A stretch of DNA of 42,360 nt from Candidatus Krumholzibacteriia bacterium (GTDB taxonomy: Bacteria; Krumholzibacteriota; Krumholzibacteriia; WVZY01; JAKEHA01), in assembly GCA_035687255.1 (NCBI GenBank), contig DASRYI010000083.1:1-42360 (forward strand). Reading direction: 5' to 3'. Position numbers and translations under genes: made by a program. The notes under the pieces were generated by a model. The model was not told the origin of the DNA. It ran no database searches and worked only from the letters and a program-made list of their open reading frames with translations. Positions within the stretch are counted from its first letter, which is position 1. Every line of letters begins with the position of its first letter. Shown here piece by piece: positions 7,236-15,314 of this stretch.

Positions 7236-9668
7236 ATGTTGCGATTGACACGCTTCCCCGGAGCGCGGATGACGAAGTCCTGGCTCGCGCTGGCGTGCCT
7301 GTGCGCCGTGTGCCTGATGGGCATGCTGGCGCCGGTGGCAGCCCATGCGTCGGAGCTCGACCTCCAGATCCCGGCCATCGACACGTCCTACACGCTCTTC
7401 GGTATGAACGTCAGCGGTCTGACTCTGCTCTACATCGGCTTCGCGGTGTGTCTCTTGGGCATGGGATTCGGGCTCGCCATGTTCAACAAGGTCAAGGGCA
7501 TGCCGGTGCATTCCAGCATGGCCAGGGTCTCCAACATCATCTATGAGACGTGCAAGACCTACCTGCAGCAGCAGGGCCGCCTGCTCATTATCCTCGAGTT
7601 GTTCATTGCGGCCTGCATCATCTATTACTTCGGCGTGCTCTCGAAGCTGGGAACGGGTCGCGTGGCGCTGATCCTGATGTGGTCGGTGATCGGCATCCTG
7701 GGCTCGTACTCGGTGGCGTGGTTCGGCATCCGGATGAACACCTACGCCAACAGCCGCACGGCGTTTGCGTCGCTGCGCGGAAAGCCGCTGCCGGTCTATG
7801 AGGTTCCCATCACGGCCGGTATGAGCATCGGCGTGCTCCTGATCTGCGTCGAGCTCATCATGATGCTCGTGATTCTGGTCTTCGTGCCCGGCGAATCCGC
7901 GGGCGCATCGTTCCTCGGCTTTGCCATCGGCGAATCGCTGGGCGCCGCGGCGCTGCGTATCGGCGGTGGCATCTTTACCAAGATCGCCGACATCGGTTCG
8001 GACCTGATGAAAGTCGTATTCCGCATCAAGGAAGACGACCCGCGCAACCCCGGCGTGATTGCGGACTGCACCGGCGACAACGCCGGCGACTCGGTGGGCC
8101 CCACCGCCGACGGCTTCGAGACCTACGGCGTGACAGGCGTCGCGCTCATCTCCTTCATCGCGCTGGCCGTGATGCCGGAGCACAAGTCACACCTGCTGGT
8201 GTGGATCTTCGCGATGCGTATTCTCATGATCATCACGTCGGTGGTGGCGTTCTCCGTCAACAGCGCCATTTTCCGCTCGCGCAACGCGGGCAAGGACAAG
8301 ATCAACTTCGAGGCGCCGCTTACCAGCCTGGTGTGGGTCACGTCCATGCTCTCCATCGTCGTCACGTTCCTGGTGTCTTCGTGGATGCTGGGCAGCCTGG
8401 GCGGCGGCCTGTGGTGGAAGCTCTCAGTCATCATTTCCTGCGGCACGCTGGCGGCCGCGTTGATTCCGGAATTCACCAAGGCCTTTACCAGCAGCGGCTC
8501 GCGCCACACCAAGGAAATCGTGGCGGCCTCGCGCGAGGGCGGCGCGTCGCTCACCATTCTCTCCGGTCTGGTGGCCGGCAACTTTTCGGTGTTCTGGAAG
8601 GGCCTTACCCTGGCCGTGATGCTGCTCATCGCGTACATCATGTCGACCCAGGGCCTGGGTGCCATCATGTCGCATGAAGCCGTGTTCTGCTTCGGCCTGG
8701 TGGCCTTCGGGCTGCTCGGCATGGGGCCGGTCACCATCGCCGTCGACTCGTATGGCCCGGTGACCGACAACGCGCAGAGCATTTTCGAGCTCTCGCAGAT
8801 CGAAACGCTCCCGGGCAGCGCCAAAGAAGTCGAAAAAGACTTCGGCTTCAAGCCCGACTTTGCGCTGGGCAAGCACTTCCTCGAGGACAACGACGGTGCG
8901 GGCAACACCTTCAAGGCGACTGCCAAGCCGGTGCTGATCGCGACCGCCGTGGCCGGCGCCACCACCATGATTTTCTCCATCATTCTGTTGCTCCAGCGCC
9001 ACATGGGCGATGCCTTCACGCTTTCGCTCATGGAACCGCGCGTGTTGCTGGGGCTGATCATGGGCGGCGCCACGGTGTACTGGTTCACCGGCGCATCCAT
9101 GCAGGCGGTGACCACCGGCGCCTACCGCGCGGTGGAGTACATCAAGCGCAACATCAAGATCGATTCGGCCGAGGCCGCATCCATCGAAAAGTCGAAGCAG
9201 GTGGTGAAGATCTGCACGCAGTACGCACAGGCGGGGATGTTCAACATCTTCATCGTGATCTTCTGCCTCACGCTGGCGTACGCGTTCTTCGATCCGATCT
9301 TCTTCGTCTCGTATCTGGTGTCGATCGCGGTCAGCGGCCTGTTCCAGGCCGTGTACATGGCCAACGCCGGCGGCGCGTGGGACAACGCCAAGAAGATCGT
9401 GGAAGTGGAACTGAACGAGAAAGGCAGCGACCTGCACGCCGCCACGGTGGTGGGCGACACGGTGGGCGATCCTTACAAGGACACGTCGTCGGTGGCGCTC
9501 AACCCGATCATCAAGTTCACGACGCTGTTCGGCCTGCTGGCGGTGGAGATCGGGGTTTCCAACCCGACCATCTCGCACGTGATCGGAATCGTGCTGATGG
9601 TGCTGGCCCTGTTCTTCATCTACCGCTCGTTCTACGGCATGAGGATTACGGGACAGAAGCAGTCGTAG
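7236..9668 (+). CDS. hppA: Membrane-integral (proton/sodium-translocating) inorganic pyrophosphatase
   Basis: Track frame 7164..9668 trimmed to ATG 7236, which is preceded by GAGGAG. M-PPase signatures are GGGIFTKIADIGSDL, EDDPRNPGVIADCTGDNAGDSVGP, GGAWDNAKK and DTVGDPYKDTSS. There are many TM helices. Confidence 0.9.
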   Translation: MLRLTRFPGARMTKSWLALACLCAVCLMGMLAPVAAHASELDLQIPAIDTSYTLFGMNVSGLTLLYIGFAVCLLGMGFGLAMFNKVKGMPVHSSMARVSNIIYETCKTYLQQQGRLLIILELFIAACIIYYFGVLSKLGTGRVALILMWSVIGILGSYSVAWFGIRMNTYANSRTAFASLRGKPLPVYEVPITAGMSIGVLLICVELIMMLVILVFVPGESAGASFLGFAIGESLGAAALRIGGGIFTKIADIGSDLMKVVFRIKEDDPRNPGVIADCTGDNAGDSVGPTADGFETYGVTGVALISFIALAVMPEHKSHLLVWIFAMRILMIITSVVAFSVNSAIFRSRNAGKDKINFEAPLTSLVWVTSMLSIVVTFLVSSWMLGSLGGGLWWKLSVIISCGTLAAALIPEFTKAFTSSGSRHTKEIVAASREGGASLTILSGLVAGNFSVFWKGLTLAVMLLIAYIMSTQGLGAIMSHEAVFCFGLVAFGLLGMGPVTIAVDSYGPVTDNAQSIFELSQIETLPGSAKEVEKDFGFKPDFALGKHFLEDNDGAGNTFKATAKPVLIATAVAGATTMIFSIILLLQRHMGDAFTLSLMEPRVLLGLIMGGATVYWFTGASMQAVTTGAYRAVEYIKRNIKIDSAEAASIEKSKQVVKICTQYAQAGMFNIFIVIFCLTLAYAFFDPIFFVSYLVSIAVSGLFQAVYMANAGGAWDNAKKIVEVELNEKGSDLHAATVVGDTVGDPYKDTSSVALNPIIKFTTLFGLLAVEIGVSNPTISHVIGIVLMVLALFFIYRSFYGMRITGQKQS

Positions 9669-9691
9669 GGGTTCCATCCCGGCGAAGAAAC

Positions 9692-9727
9692 AAAAAACCC
9701 GCGGTCTTCGGACCGCGGGTTTTTTTT
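9692..9727. terminator. Bidirectional intrinsic terminator (hppA / STAS gene junction)
   Basis: AAAAAA, then CCCGCGGTC (9698-9706), loop TTCG, GACCGCGGG (9711-9719), then TTTTTTTT (9720-9727). It lies between convergent genes. Confidence 0.8.
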
Positions 9728-9749
9728 GTCACTTATCCGGTGTGAGGAC

Positions 9750-10100
9750 TCAAGCGCTGCCCTTGGGCGCCGCGCTCACCGCCTCTTCGACCGATTCAAA
9801 CGTGTCGAAGATCAACACGAGCTTGGTCACGAGGAAGATGGCGTTGATACGATCGCCGACGCGAGCCAGCCGGAACCAACCCTGGCGGTTCACACAGGTG
9901 GTGCGGGCGCGAACCAGCGACCCCAGCCCCACGCTGTTGACGTAGGAGATCTTGCCCAGATCCACGACGACCTTGGGAGTTCCCTTCGCAGCGACTTCGT
10001 CGATCGCGGCCAGAAGCTCCTGGGTCTCATCCTTACCCACCAGGTTTTTCTTGGGGGTCAGTACGGTCACATCGCCGACGAGAGAGCGATCGAAAGTCAT
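9750..10100 (-). CDS. STAS-domain protein (anti-sigma-factor antagonist, SpoIIAA/RsbV-like)
   Basis: Track frame trimmed to ATG 10100, which is preceded by AAGGAG. The sequence is MTFDRSLVGDVTVLTPKKNLVG...VVVDLGKISYVNSVGLGSLV, with a Ser in the N-S-V-G-L-G context expected for the phosphorylatable serine. Confidence 0.85.
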   Translation of the reverse strand: MTFDRSLVGDVTVLTPKKNLVGKDETQELLAAIDEVAAKGTPKVVVDLGKISYVNSVGLGSLVRARTTCVNRQGWFRLARVGDRINAIFLVTKLVLIFDTFESVEEAVSAAPKGSA

Positions 10101-10195
10101 GTGCGTCTCCTTTACAGACCTGTGAAGCGCGTGTCTTGCATCAACCCCGGACGTCCCTGCGCGCGTCCGCGGGCGCACTGCGCTCGAAGGGGCCG

Positions 10196-10224
10196 AGTAT
10201 AGCGGGCGCCCGCGCGAGCGTCAA
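10196..10224 (-). promoter_or_regulatory. Candidate promoter of the STAS gene
   Basis: Minus-strand reading: TTGACG (10224-10219), 17-nt spacer, TATACT (10201-10196). Confidence 0.5.
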
Positions 10225-10296
10225 GGTTGCCGGTGGGCGGTTCGTGACGGCGCGTCCTCCCGGGTCCGCCGGGGAGCACGGCCACGCGGGGTTCCG

Positions 10297-11538
10297 TCAG
10301 CGAACACGCACATCGACGAAGCCGCGTTTGCCCACCTGGATCGCGTATTTTTCCCGGCGTGCGGGCAGTTTCCGGTCGACATCTGCAAGCTTCTCGCCGT
10401 CAACGCGGACCGCGCCCTGCGTGATCATGCGCCGCGCCGCGGACGAGCTCTCGCACAGTCCTGCGGAGGTCAGGATCTTGACGATCCACAGCCCCTCCTC
10501 CGGCGCCTCCAGTTCCAGCTGGCGGATTTCCTCGGGGCGCTCGTGCTCGACGAAGAGCCGGTTGAAGTGCGCCTCCGCGGCCTGCGCGGCCTCTTCATCG
10601 TGGAACTGGGTCACCAGATCACGCGCCAGCTCGCGCTTGAGGTGCGAGGGGTTGGTCGCGGGATCGGCCATTCGCGCCCGGATCGCCGCCACCTCCCCGG
10701 GTCCACACGAACTCACCAGTTCGAAGTATTTCACGATCAGCGAATCCGGAATGCGCATGGTCTTGCCGAAGATCTCCTCGGGCGCCTCGGTGATGCCGAT
10801 GTAGTTGCCCAGCGACTTGCTCATCTTCTCCACACCGTCAATGCCCTCGAGGATGGGCAACGTGAGAATGACTTCGGGCTCCTGTCCGTAGGCACGCTGA
10901 ATCTCACGCGCCATGAGCAGGTTGAATTTCTGCTCGGTGGCACCGATCTCGACGTCAGCATTCAGGGCCACCGAGTCGTAGCCCTGCGCCAGCGGATACA
11001 CGAACTCCAGCAGGCTGATGGGCCGCCCCTGCTCGTAGCGTTTTTCAAAATCGTCACGTTCCAGCATCTGGGCGACGGTCTGGGTTGCGGTCAGCCGCAG
11101 CACGTCGGCAAATTCCATCTTGGCCAGCCAGCGGCTGTTGAAATCAACCTTCGTGCGTTTGGGATCAAGGATCTTGAACGCCTGTTCGGTGTATGTCTTG
11201 GCGTTGGCCACCAGCACCTCGTGTGTGAGTTGCTTGCGCGTTTCGTGGCGGCCGCTGGGGTCCCCGATCATCCCCGTGAAGTCCCCGATGAGGAACACGA
11301 CGGTGTGTCCGAGATCCTGGAACTGGCGCAATTTGCGAAGCCCCACGGTATGCCCCAGATGGATGTCAGGGGCGGTGGGATCAAACCCCTGCTTGATCAC
11401 CAGCGGTTCGCCGGCCTTCAGCGACCGTTCCAGCTTGCGCCGGAGGTCCTCCTCCGGAATGATTTCGACCGCGCCCTGCCGGATGATGGCCAGTTGTTCG
11501 TCGACGCTGAGCGCCGGTGTGTCCTGCTTTCGCGTCAT
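10297..11538 (-). CDS. tyrS: Tyrosine--tRNA ligase (with C-terminal S4-like domain)
   Basis: Track frame trimmed to ATG 11538 ([16 protein letters not shown]). The class I HIGH motif appears as DIHLGHTVG and the KMSKS motif as EKMSKSLGN. The C-terminal part is S4-like ([15 protein letters not shown]). Confidence 0.95.
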   Translation of the reverse strand: MTRKQDTPALSVDEQLAIIRQGAVEIIPEEDLRRKLERSLKAGEPLVIKQGFDPTAPDIHLGHTVGLRKLRQFQDLGHTVVFLIGDFTGMIGDPSGRHETRKQLTHEVLVANAKTYTEQAFKILDPKRTKVDFNSRWLAKMEFADVLRLTATQTVAQMLERDDFEKRYEQGRPISLLEFVYPLAQGYDSVALNADVEIGATEQKFNLLMAREIQRAYGQEPEVILTLPILEGIDGVEKMSKSLGNYIGITEAPEEIFGKTMRIPDSLIVKYFELVSSCGPGEVAAIRARMADPATNPSHLKRELARDLVTQFHDEEAAQAAEAHFNRLFVEHERPEEIRQLELEAPEEGLWIVKILTSAGLCESSSAARRMITQGAVRVDGEKLADVDRKLPARREKYAIQVGKRGFVDVRVR

Positions 11539-11586
11539 GGTGATGGCTACCTCGTGACGGTGAATGGGAACCTGTTTGGTGGCGCG

Positions 11587-11615
11587 ATGATAGCAGCGCA
11601 CGGAAGTCCCCGTAA
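11587..11615 (-). promoter_or_regulatory. Candidate promoter of tyrS
   Basis: Minus-strand reading: TTACGG (11615-11610), 17-nt spacer, TATCAT (11592-11587). The -35 is weak. Confidence 0.3.
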
Positions 11616-11699
11616 AGCGTGGCCCCGGAGATGGGCTGCGTGTTATGTTGCCCCCTGCCCGGCATGGCCCTTGCGGTATCCAGGGCCGTCCCGGAAGTC

Positions 11700-13880
11700 A
11701 TGACTGAAGATCGCACGTCAGAAGACCGCGGTGGAGCGCCAAGCGGCGATCCTGCCGTACCCAACGCGCCGGAGGATGCGGGGTTGGCCCGTGGGCTGCG
11801 CCTGCGCACGCCACGCCGCCTGCTGATCGGAGCGCTGGTGCTCGCCGCCGGCGCGATGTTCAGCGCCTATCGCTATTTCTCGGCGGACCTCCCCAGCACC
11901 GCGCGCCTCGAGATGATCGAGCCGACCCTGAAGACGCAGGTCTTCGGCGCCGACTCCAGCGTGGTGGGCGAGTTCTTCATCGAGGACCGCGCCCTGGTTT
12001 CCCTCAAGGACCTTCCGCCGTACGTCCCGGCCGCCTTCGTGTCCGTGGAGGACCGCAAGTTCTACTCGCACTGGGGCGTCGATCTGTTCGGCATCGCGCG
12101 GGCGGTGGTGAGCAATCTCCGCCACGGCCACCGCGTGCAGGGCGGCAGCACCATCACGCAGCAGCTGGCACGCAACCTCTTCGACATGTTCGAAAACACG
12201 CTCACGCGCAAGATCAAGGAAGCACTGCTCGCGATGCGCATCGAGCGCGCCTACTCCAAGGACGAAATCCTGGAGATGTACCTCAACCAGATCTATTTCG
12301 GCGCCGGTGCGCACGGGATCGAAGCGGCGGCGCAGGTATTCTTCGGCAAGCACGCGAAGGATCTCACGCTGGGAGAGGCGACGCTGCTGGCGGGACTGCC
12401 CAAGAACCCGCGCGACTACTCGCCCATCAACCACCTCGACCGTTCGCTCAAGCGGAGGTCGGTGGTGATCGACGCCATGGTGGACACGCACAAACTCACG
12501 CGCGCCCAGGCCGACTCGCTCAACGCCGCTCCCGTGACGGTGCGTCCCGGCCGGGCGGGAAAGACCGAGTTTGCCGCGTATTTTCTGGAAGAGGTCCGCC
12601 AGTATCTGGAAGACAAGTACGGCGCCGACCGCATCTACCGCGACGGCCTCAAGGTCTACACCGGACTCGATCCGGCGCTGCAGCACGCCGCCGAAGACAG
12701 CATGGAGTCGCACCTCTCGCGCATCGAGAAGATGCAGGGCTATCACGACACACGCGCGAGCTACGAAAAGGAACTGGAGAAGGACGAAGATCCCGGTCCG
12801 CCCCAGTATCTGCAGGGCGCCGTCGTCGCCATCGATGTGAAGACGGGATTGATACGCGCGCTGGTGGGCGGCCGCAGCTTCAAGCACAGCAAGTTCGATC
12901 GCGCGGTGCAGGCCAAACGCCAGCCCGGCAGCGCCTTCAAGCCCTTCATCTACCTGGCGGCGCTGGAAAACGGCTACACGCCCGCCGACATTCTGCTCGA
13001 CGCGCCCATCGTGATCGACCTTCCGCACGGCGACGTATGGAAACCGCAGAACTACTCCGAGACCTACGAGGGTGAGGTGACGGTGCGTCACGCCCTCGAC
13101 ATGTCCATCAACATCGCCGCCATCCGGCTCCTGATGGCGATGGGACCCACGGAAGCCATCAATGTGGCGCACCGCCTGGGGATCAAGAGCGACCTCGAGC
13201 CCGTGTACTCGCTCGCACTGGGCGTGTCCGAGGTGACACCGCTGGAACTGACCAACGCCTACGCCACCATCGCCGCCGGCGGCATGCGCGGCGAGCCGCT
13301 GCTGGTGCGCAAGGTGGTGGACCGCGAGGGGCGCGTGCTGGAAGACAACAAGGTGTTCCGCGAAGAGGTGGTGGATCCCAAGGTCAACTACATGATCACC
13401 AGCCTGCTGGAGAGTGTCATGAACGAGGGCTTCGGACGGCGCGCGCGCGCCTTCGGGTTCACGGATCCGGCCGGCGGAAAGACCGGCACCACCGATCTGT
13501 GCACCGACGCCTGGTTCGTGGGATTCACTTCGGATCTGGCCGTCGGAGTGTGGACGGGCTTCGACGAGAAGAAGACCATGGGCAAGAAGATGACAGGATC
13601 GTTCGTGTCATTGCCCACGTGGACCGCCGTCATGAAGACCGAGTACCGCGATCATCACGCGCCCGAGTTCGTGGAGCCGGACGGGATCGTGCACCGCGTG
13701 ATCTGCGAGAAATCGGGCCTGCTGGCCACCGACGCCTGTCCCAAGATACGCCGCGAGGTGTTCATCGAGGGGACGGAGCCTACCCGCCCCTGCGACCGTC
13801 ACGGCTCGGCATCGTCGCGCCCGGTTCAGGACATGGACTCGTTCAACGAACTCGACCGGCAGATTCTCGACAACAACTGA
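11700..13880 (+). CDS. mrcA: Class A penicillin-binding protein (bifunctional glycosyltransferase/transpeptidase, PBP1A-type)
   Basis: GT51 motifs are EDRKFYSHWGVD, GGSTITQQLARN and RKIKEALL. Transpeptidase motifs are SAFKP (SxxK), SIN (SxN) and KTGTT (KTG). An N-terminal TM segment is LLIGALVLAAGAMFSAY. The start is ATG 11700 or GTG 11619, uncertain. Confidence 0.9.
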   Translation: MTEDRTSEDRGGAPSGDPAVPNAPEDAGLARGLRLRTPRRLLIGALVLAAGAMFSAYRYFSADLPSTARLEMIEPTLKTQVFGADSSVVGEFFIEDRALVSLKDLPPYVPAAFVSVEDRKFYSHWGVDLFGIARAVVSNLRHGHRVQGGSTITQQLARNLFDMFENTLTRKIKEALLAMRIERAYSKDEILEMYLNQIYFGAGAHGIEAAAQVFFGKHAKDLTLGEATLLAGLPKNPRDYSPINHLDRSLKRRSVVIDAMVDTHKLTRAQADSLNAAPVTVRPGRAGKTEFAAYFLEEVRQYLEDKYGADRIYRDGLKVYTGLDPALQHAAEDSMESHLSRIEKMQGYHDTRASYEKELEKDEDPGPPQYLQGAVVAIDVKTGLIRALVGGRSFKHSKFDRAVQAKRQPGSAFKPFIYLAALENGYTPADILLDAPIVIDLPHGDVWKPQNYSETYEGEVTVRHALDMSINIAAIRLLMAMGPTEAINVAHRLGIKSDLEPVYSLALGVSEVTPLELTNAYATIAAGGMRGEPLLVRKVVDREGRVLEDNKVFREEVVDPKVNYMITSLLESVMNEGFGRRARAFGFTDPAGGKTGTTDLCTDAWFVGFTSDLAVGVWTGFDEKKTMGKKMTGSFVSLPTWTAVMKTEYRDHHAPEFVEPDGIVHRVICEKSGLLATDACPKIRREVFIEGTEPTRPCDRHGSASSRPVQDMDSFNELDRQILDNN

Positions 13881-13886
13881 GCGCGG

Positions 13887-15053
13887 CTACACCGCGACGT
13901 GATTGGGGAGGACGCCGAGCAGCGTCTTGAAGGTCTCCACTTTGCCGCGGCGGAAGTAGGTCCGCGGCACCCGCTTCGAAATTCCGCACATCACTTCGTA
14001 GCAGATGGTATCGGCCCACGCCGCCACATCGTGGAAGGTGAGCGTCTCGCTTCCCTGCGTTCCCACCAGCACCACCTCGTCACCCGGCCTCGGGGGCACC
14101 GGGACGTCGGTAAGATCGACCATGGTCATGTCCATCGTGACCCGTCCGATGATCGGCACGCGCACGCCACCCACCAGCATGTGTCCGCGACCGGAAAGAT
14201 GAAACGGATAGCCGTGACCGTACCCGACCGGCACCACACCGATCAGTGATTCACGCGCGGTTACAAACGAACGCGCGTAACTGATGCTGCTGCCGGCGGG
14301 AAATTTGCGCACGCGCACCATGCGCGACTTCCAGCTCATGATGGGCACGGCGTCCACGGCCGACAACGCACCGGCGGGGTGGAGACCGTACGCCAGCAGC
14401 CCGGGCCGGACCATATCCATGCGCGCTTCAGCGATGCCGTCGACGGCGGCGGAGTTGGCGCTGTGCACACGCCCCGGGTCGATTCCGGCGGCGCGCAGAC
14501 GCTCGATCAGCGCGCGAAAACGCCGGATCTGTTCTCGTGTGAACGCGGGATCGGTGTCGGAGACGGGAAAATGTGTGTACACACCGCGCAGCCGGATTCC
14601 GGGCGCGCCCGCAATCTCCCGGATGGATTCGAACGCGCTCTCTTCCGCAACACCCGTCCGGCCCATTCCCGTGTCCACTTCGACGTGCGCGTCGATCACC
14701 TGGTTCGGCGCTTCGCGCGCCACCGCGTGCGCGATGTCGGTGGAGGAAATGGTGATGGCCAGACCGTGCAGCGCTACCGCGGCGATTTCCGTTTCCAGAA
14801 TGGGGCTGAGGATCAGAATCTCGTTCTTGATCCCCGCCTCGCGCAGCTCGGCGCCTTCATCCACGGTTGCGACTCCGAACATGTGCACGCGCGACGCGGC
14901 GGCGCGGGCCACCTGCACCGCTCCGTGGCCGTACGCGTCGGCCTTCACGGTGAGCAACATGGATGTGTCGGGCCCGATGTGCGTCTGGATGCGCTCCAGG
15001 TTGCGGTCGAGGGTGTCGAGGTTGATCTCCAGCCAGGTGGGCAGACGCTTCAT
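13887..15053 (-). CDS. alr: Alanine racemase
   Basis: PLP-lysine motif VKADAYGHGA. The N-terminus MKRLPTWLEINLDTL is typical of the family. The track start GTG 15062 adds MQI. I prefer ATG 15053 because of the promoter geometry; see the findings. Confidence 0.9.
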   Translation of the reverse strand: MKRLPTWLEINLDTLDRNLERIQTHIGPDTSMLLTVKADAYGHGAVQVARAAASRVHMFGVATVDEGAELREAGIKNEILILSPILETEIAAVALHGLAITISSTDIAHAVAREAPNQVIDAHVEVDTGMGRTGVAEESAFESIREIAGAPGIRLRGVYTHFPVSDTDPAFTREQIRRFRALIERLRAAGIDPGRVHSANSAAVDGIAEARMDMVRPGLLAYGLHPAGALSAVDAVPIMSWKSRMVRVRKFPAGSSISYARSFVTARESLIGVVPVGYGHGYPFHLSGRGHMLVGGVRVPIIGRVTMDMTMVDLTDVPVPPRPGDEVVLVGTQGSETLTFHDVAAWADTICYEVMCGISKRVPRTYFRRGKVETFKTLLGVLPNHVAV

Positions 15054-15060
15054 GATTTGC

Positions 15061-15090
15061 ACGCTATCGCACGCTCAAAAACAGGGTCAA
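15061..15090 (-). promoter_or_regulatory. Candidate promoter of alr (possibly giving a leaderless mRNA)
   Basis: Minus-strand reading: TTGACC (15090-15085), 18-nt spacer, TAGCGT (15066-15061), then GCAAATC, then ATG (15053). Confidence 0.35.
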
Positions 15091-15184
15091 GCGACGTTTC
15101 TCCGTGCTTTTCCCGGTGCCGGGGCCCGGGGTGACGCCAGCGAGCTATACGTCTGAACGGCTTGCCCTTACTCGGACAAAGGCC

Positions 15185-15214
15185 TTGACACTTCGGGTGG
15201 AAACATGGTTATTT
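15185..15214 (+). promoter_or_regulatory. Candidate promoter of the 823-aa secreted-protein gene
   Basis: TTGACA (15185-15190), 18-nt spacer, TTATTT (15209-15214) preceded by TGg (an extended -10-like element). Confidence 0.45.
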
Positions 15215-15314
15215 TTGGTCGATCCCACCGCTCGTTTTCGTCGGGTACGGCGTGACCCAACAGCCCGGTTTCCAGAATCAGGTGAAATTTCCCTTTCGAA
15301 GGAAGGGCTCCGGA

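Noticed and set aside
11539-11586. A possible T-box or other leader riboregulator in front of tyrS.
   Set aside because: The predicted leader is only about 45 nt. That is far too short for a T-box, and no specifier or antiterminator features are visible.
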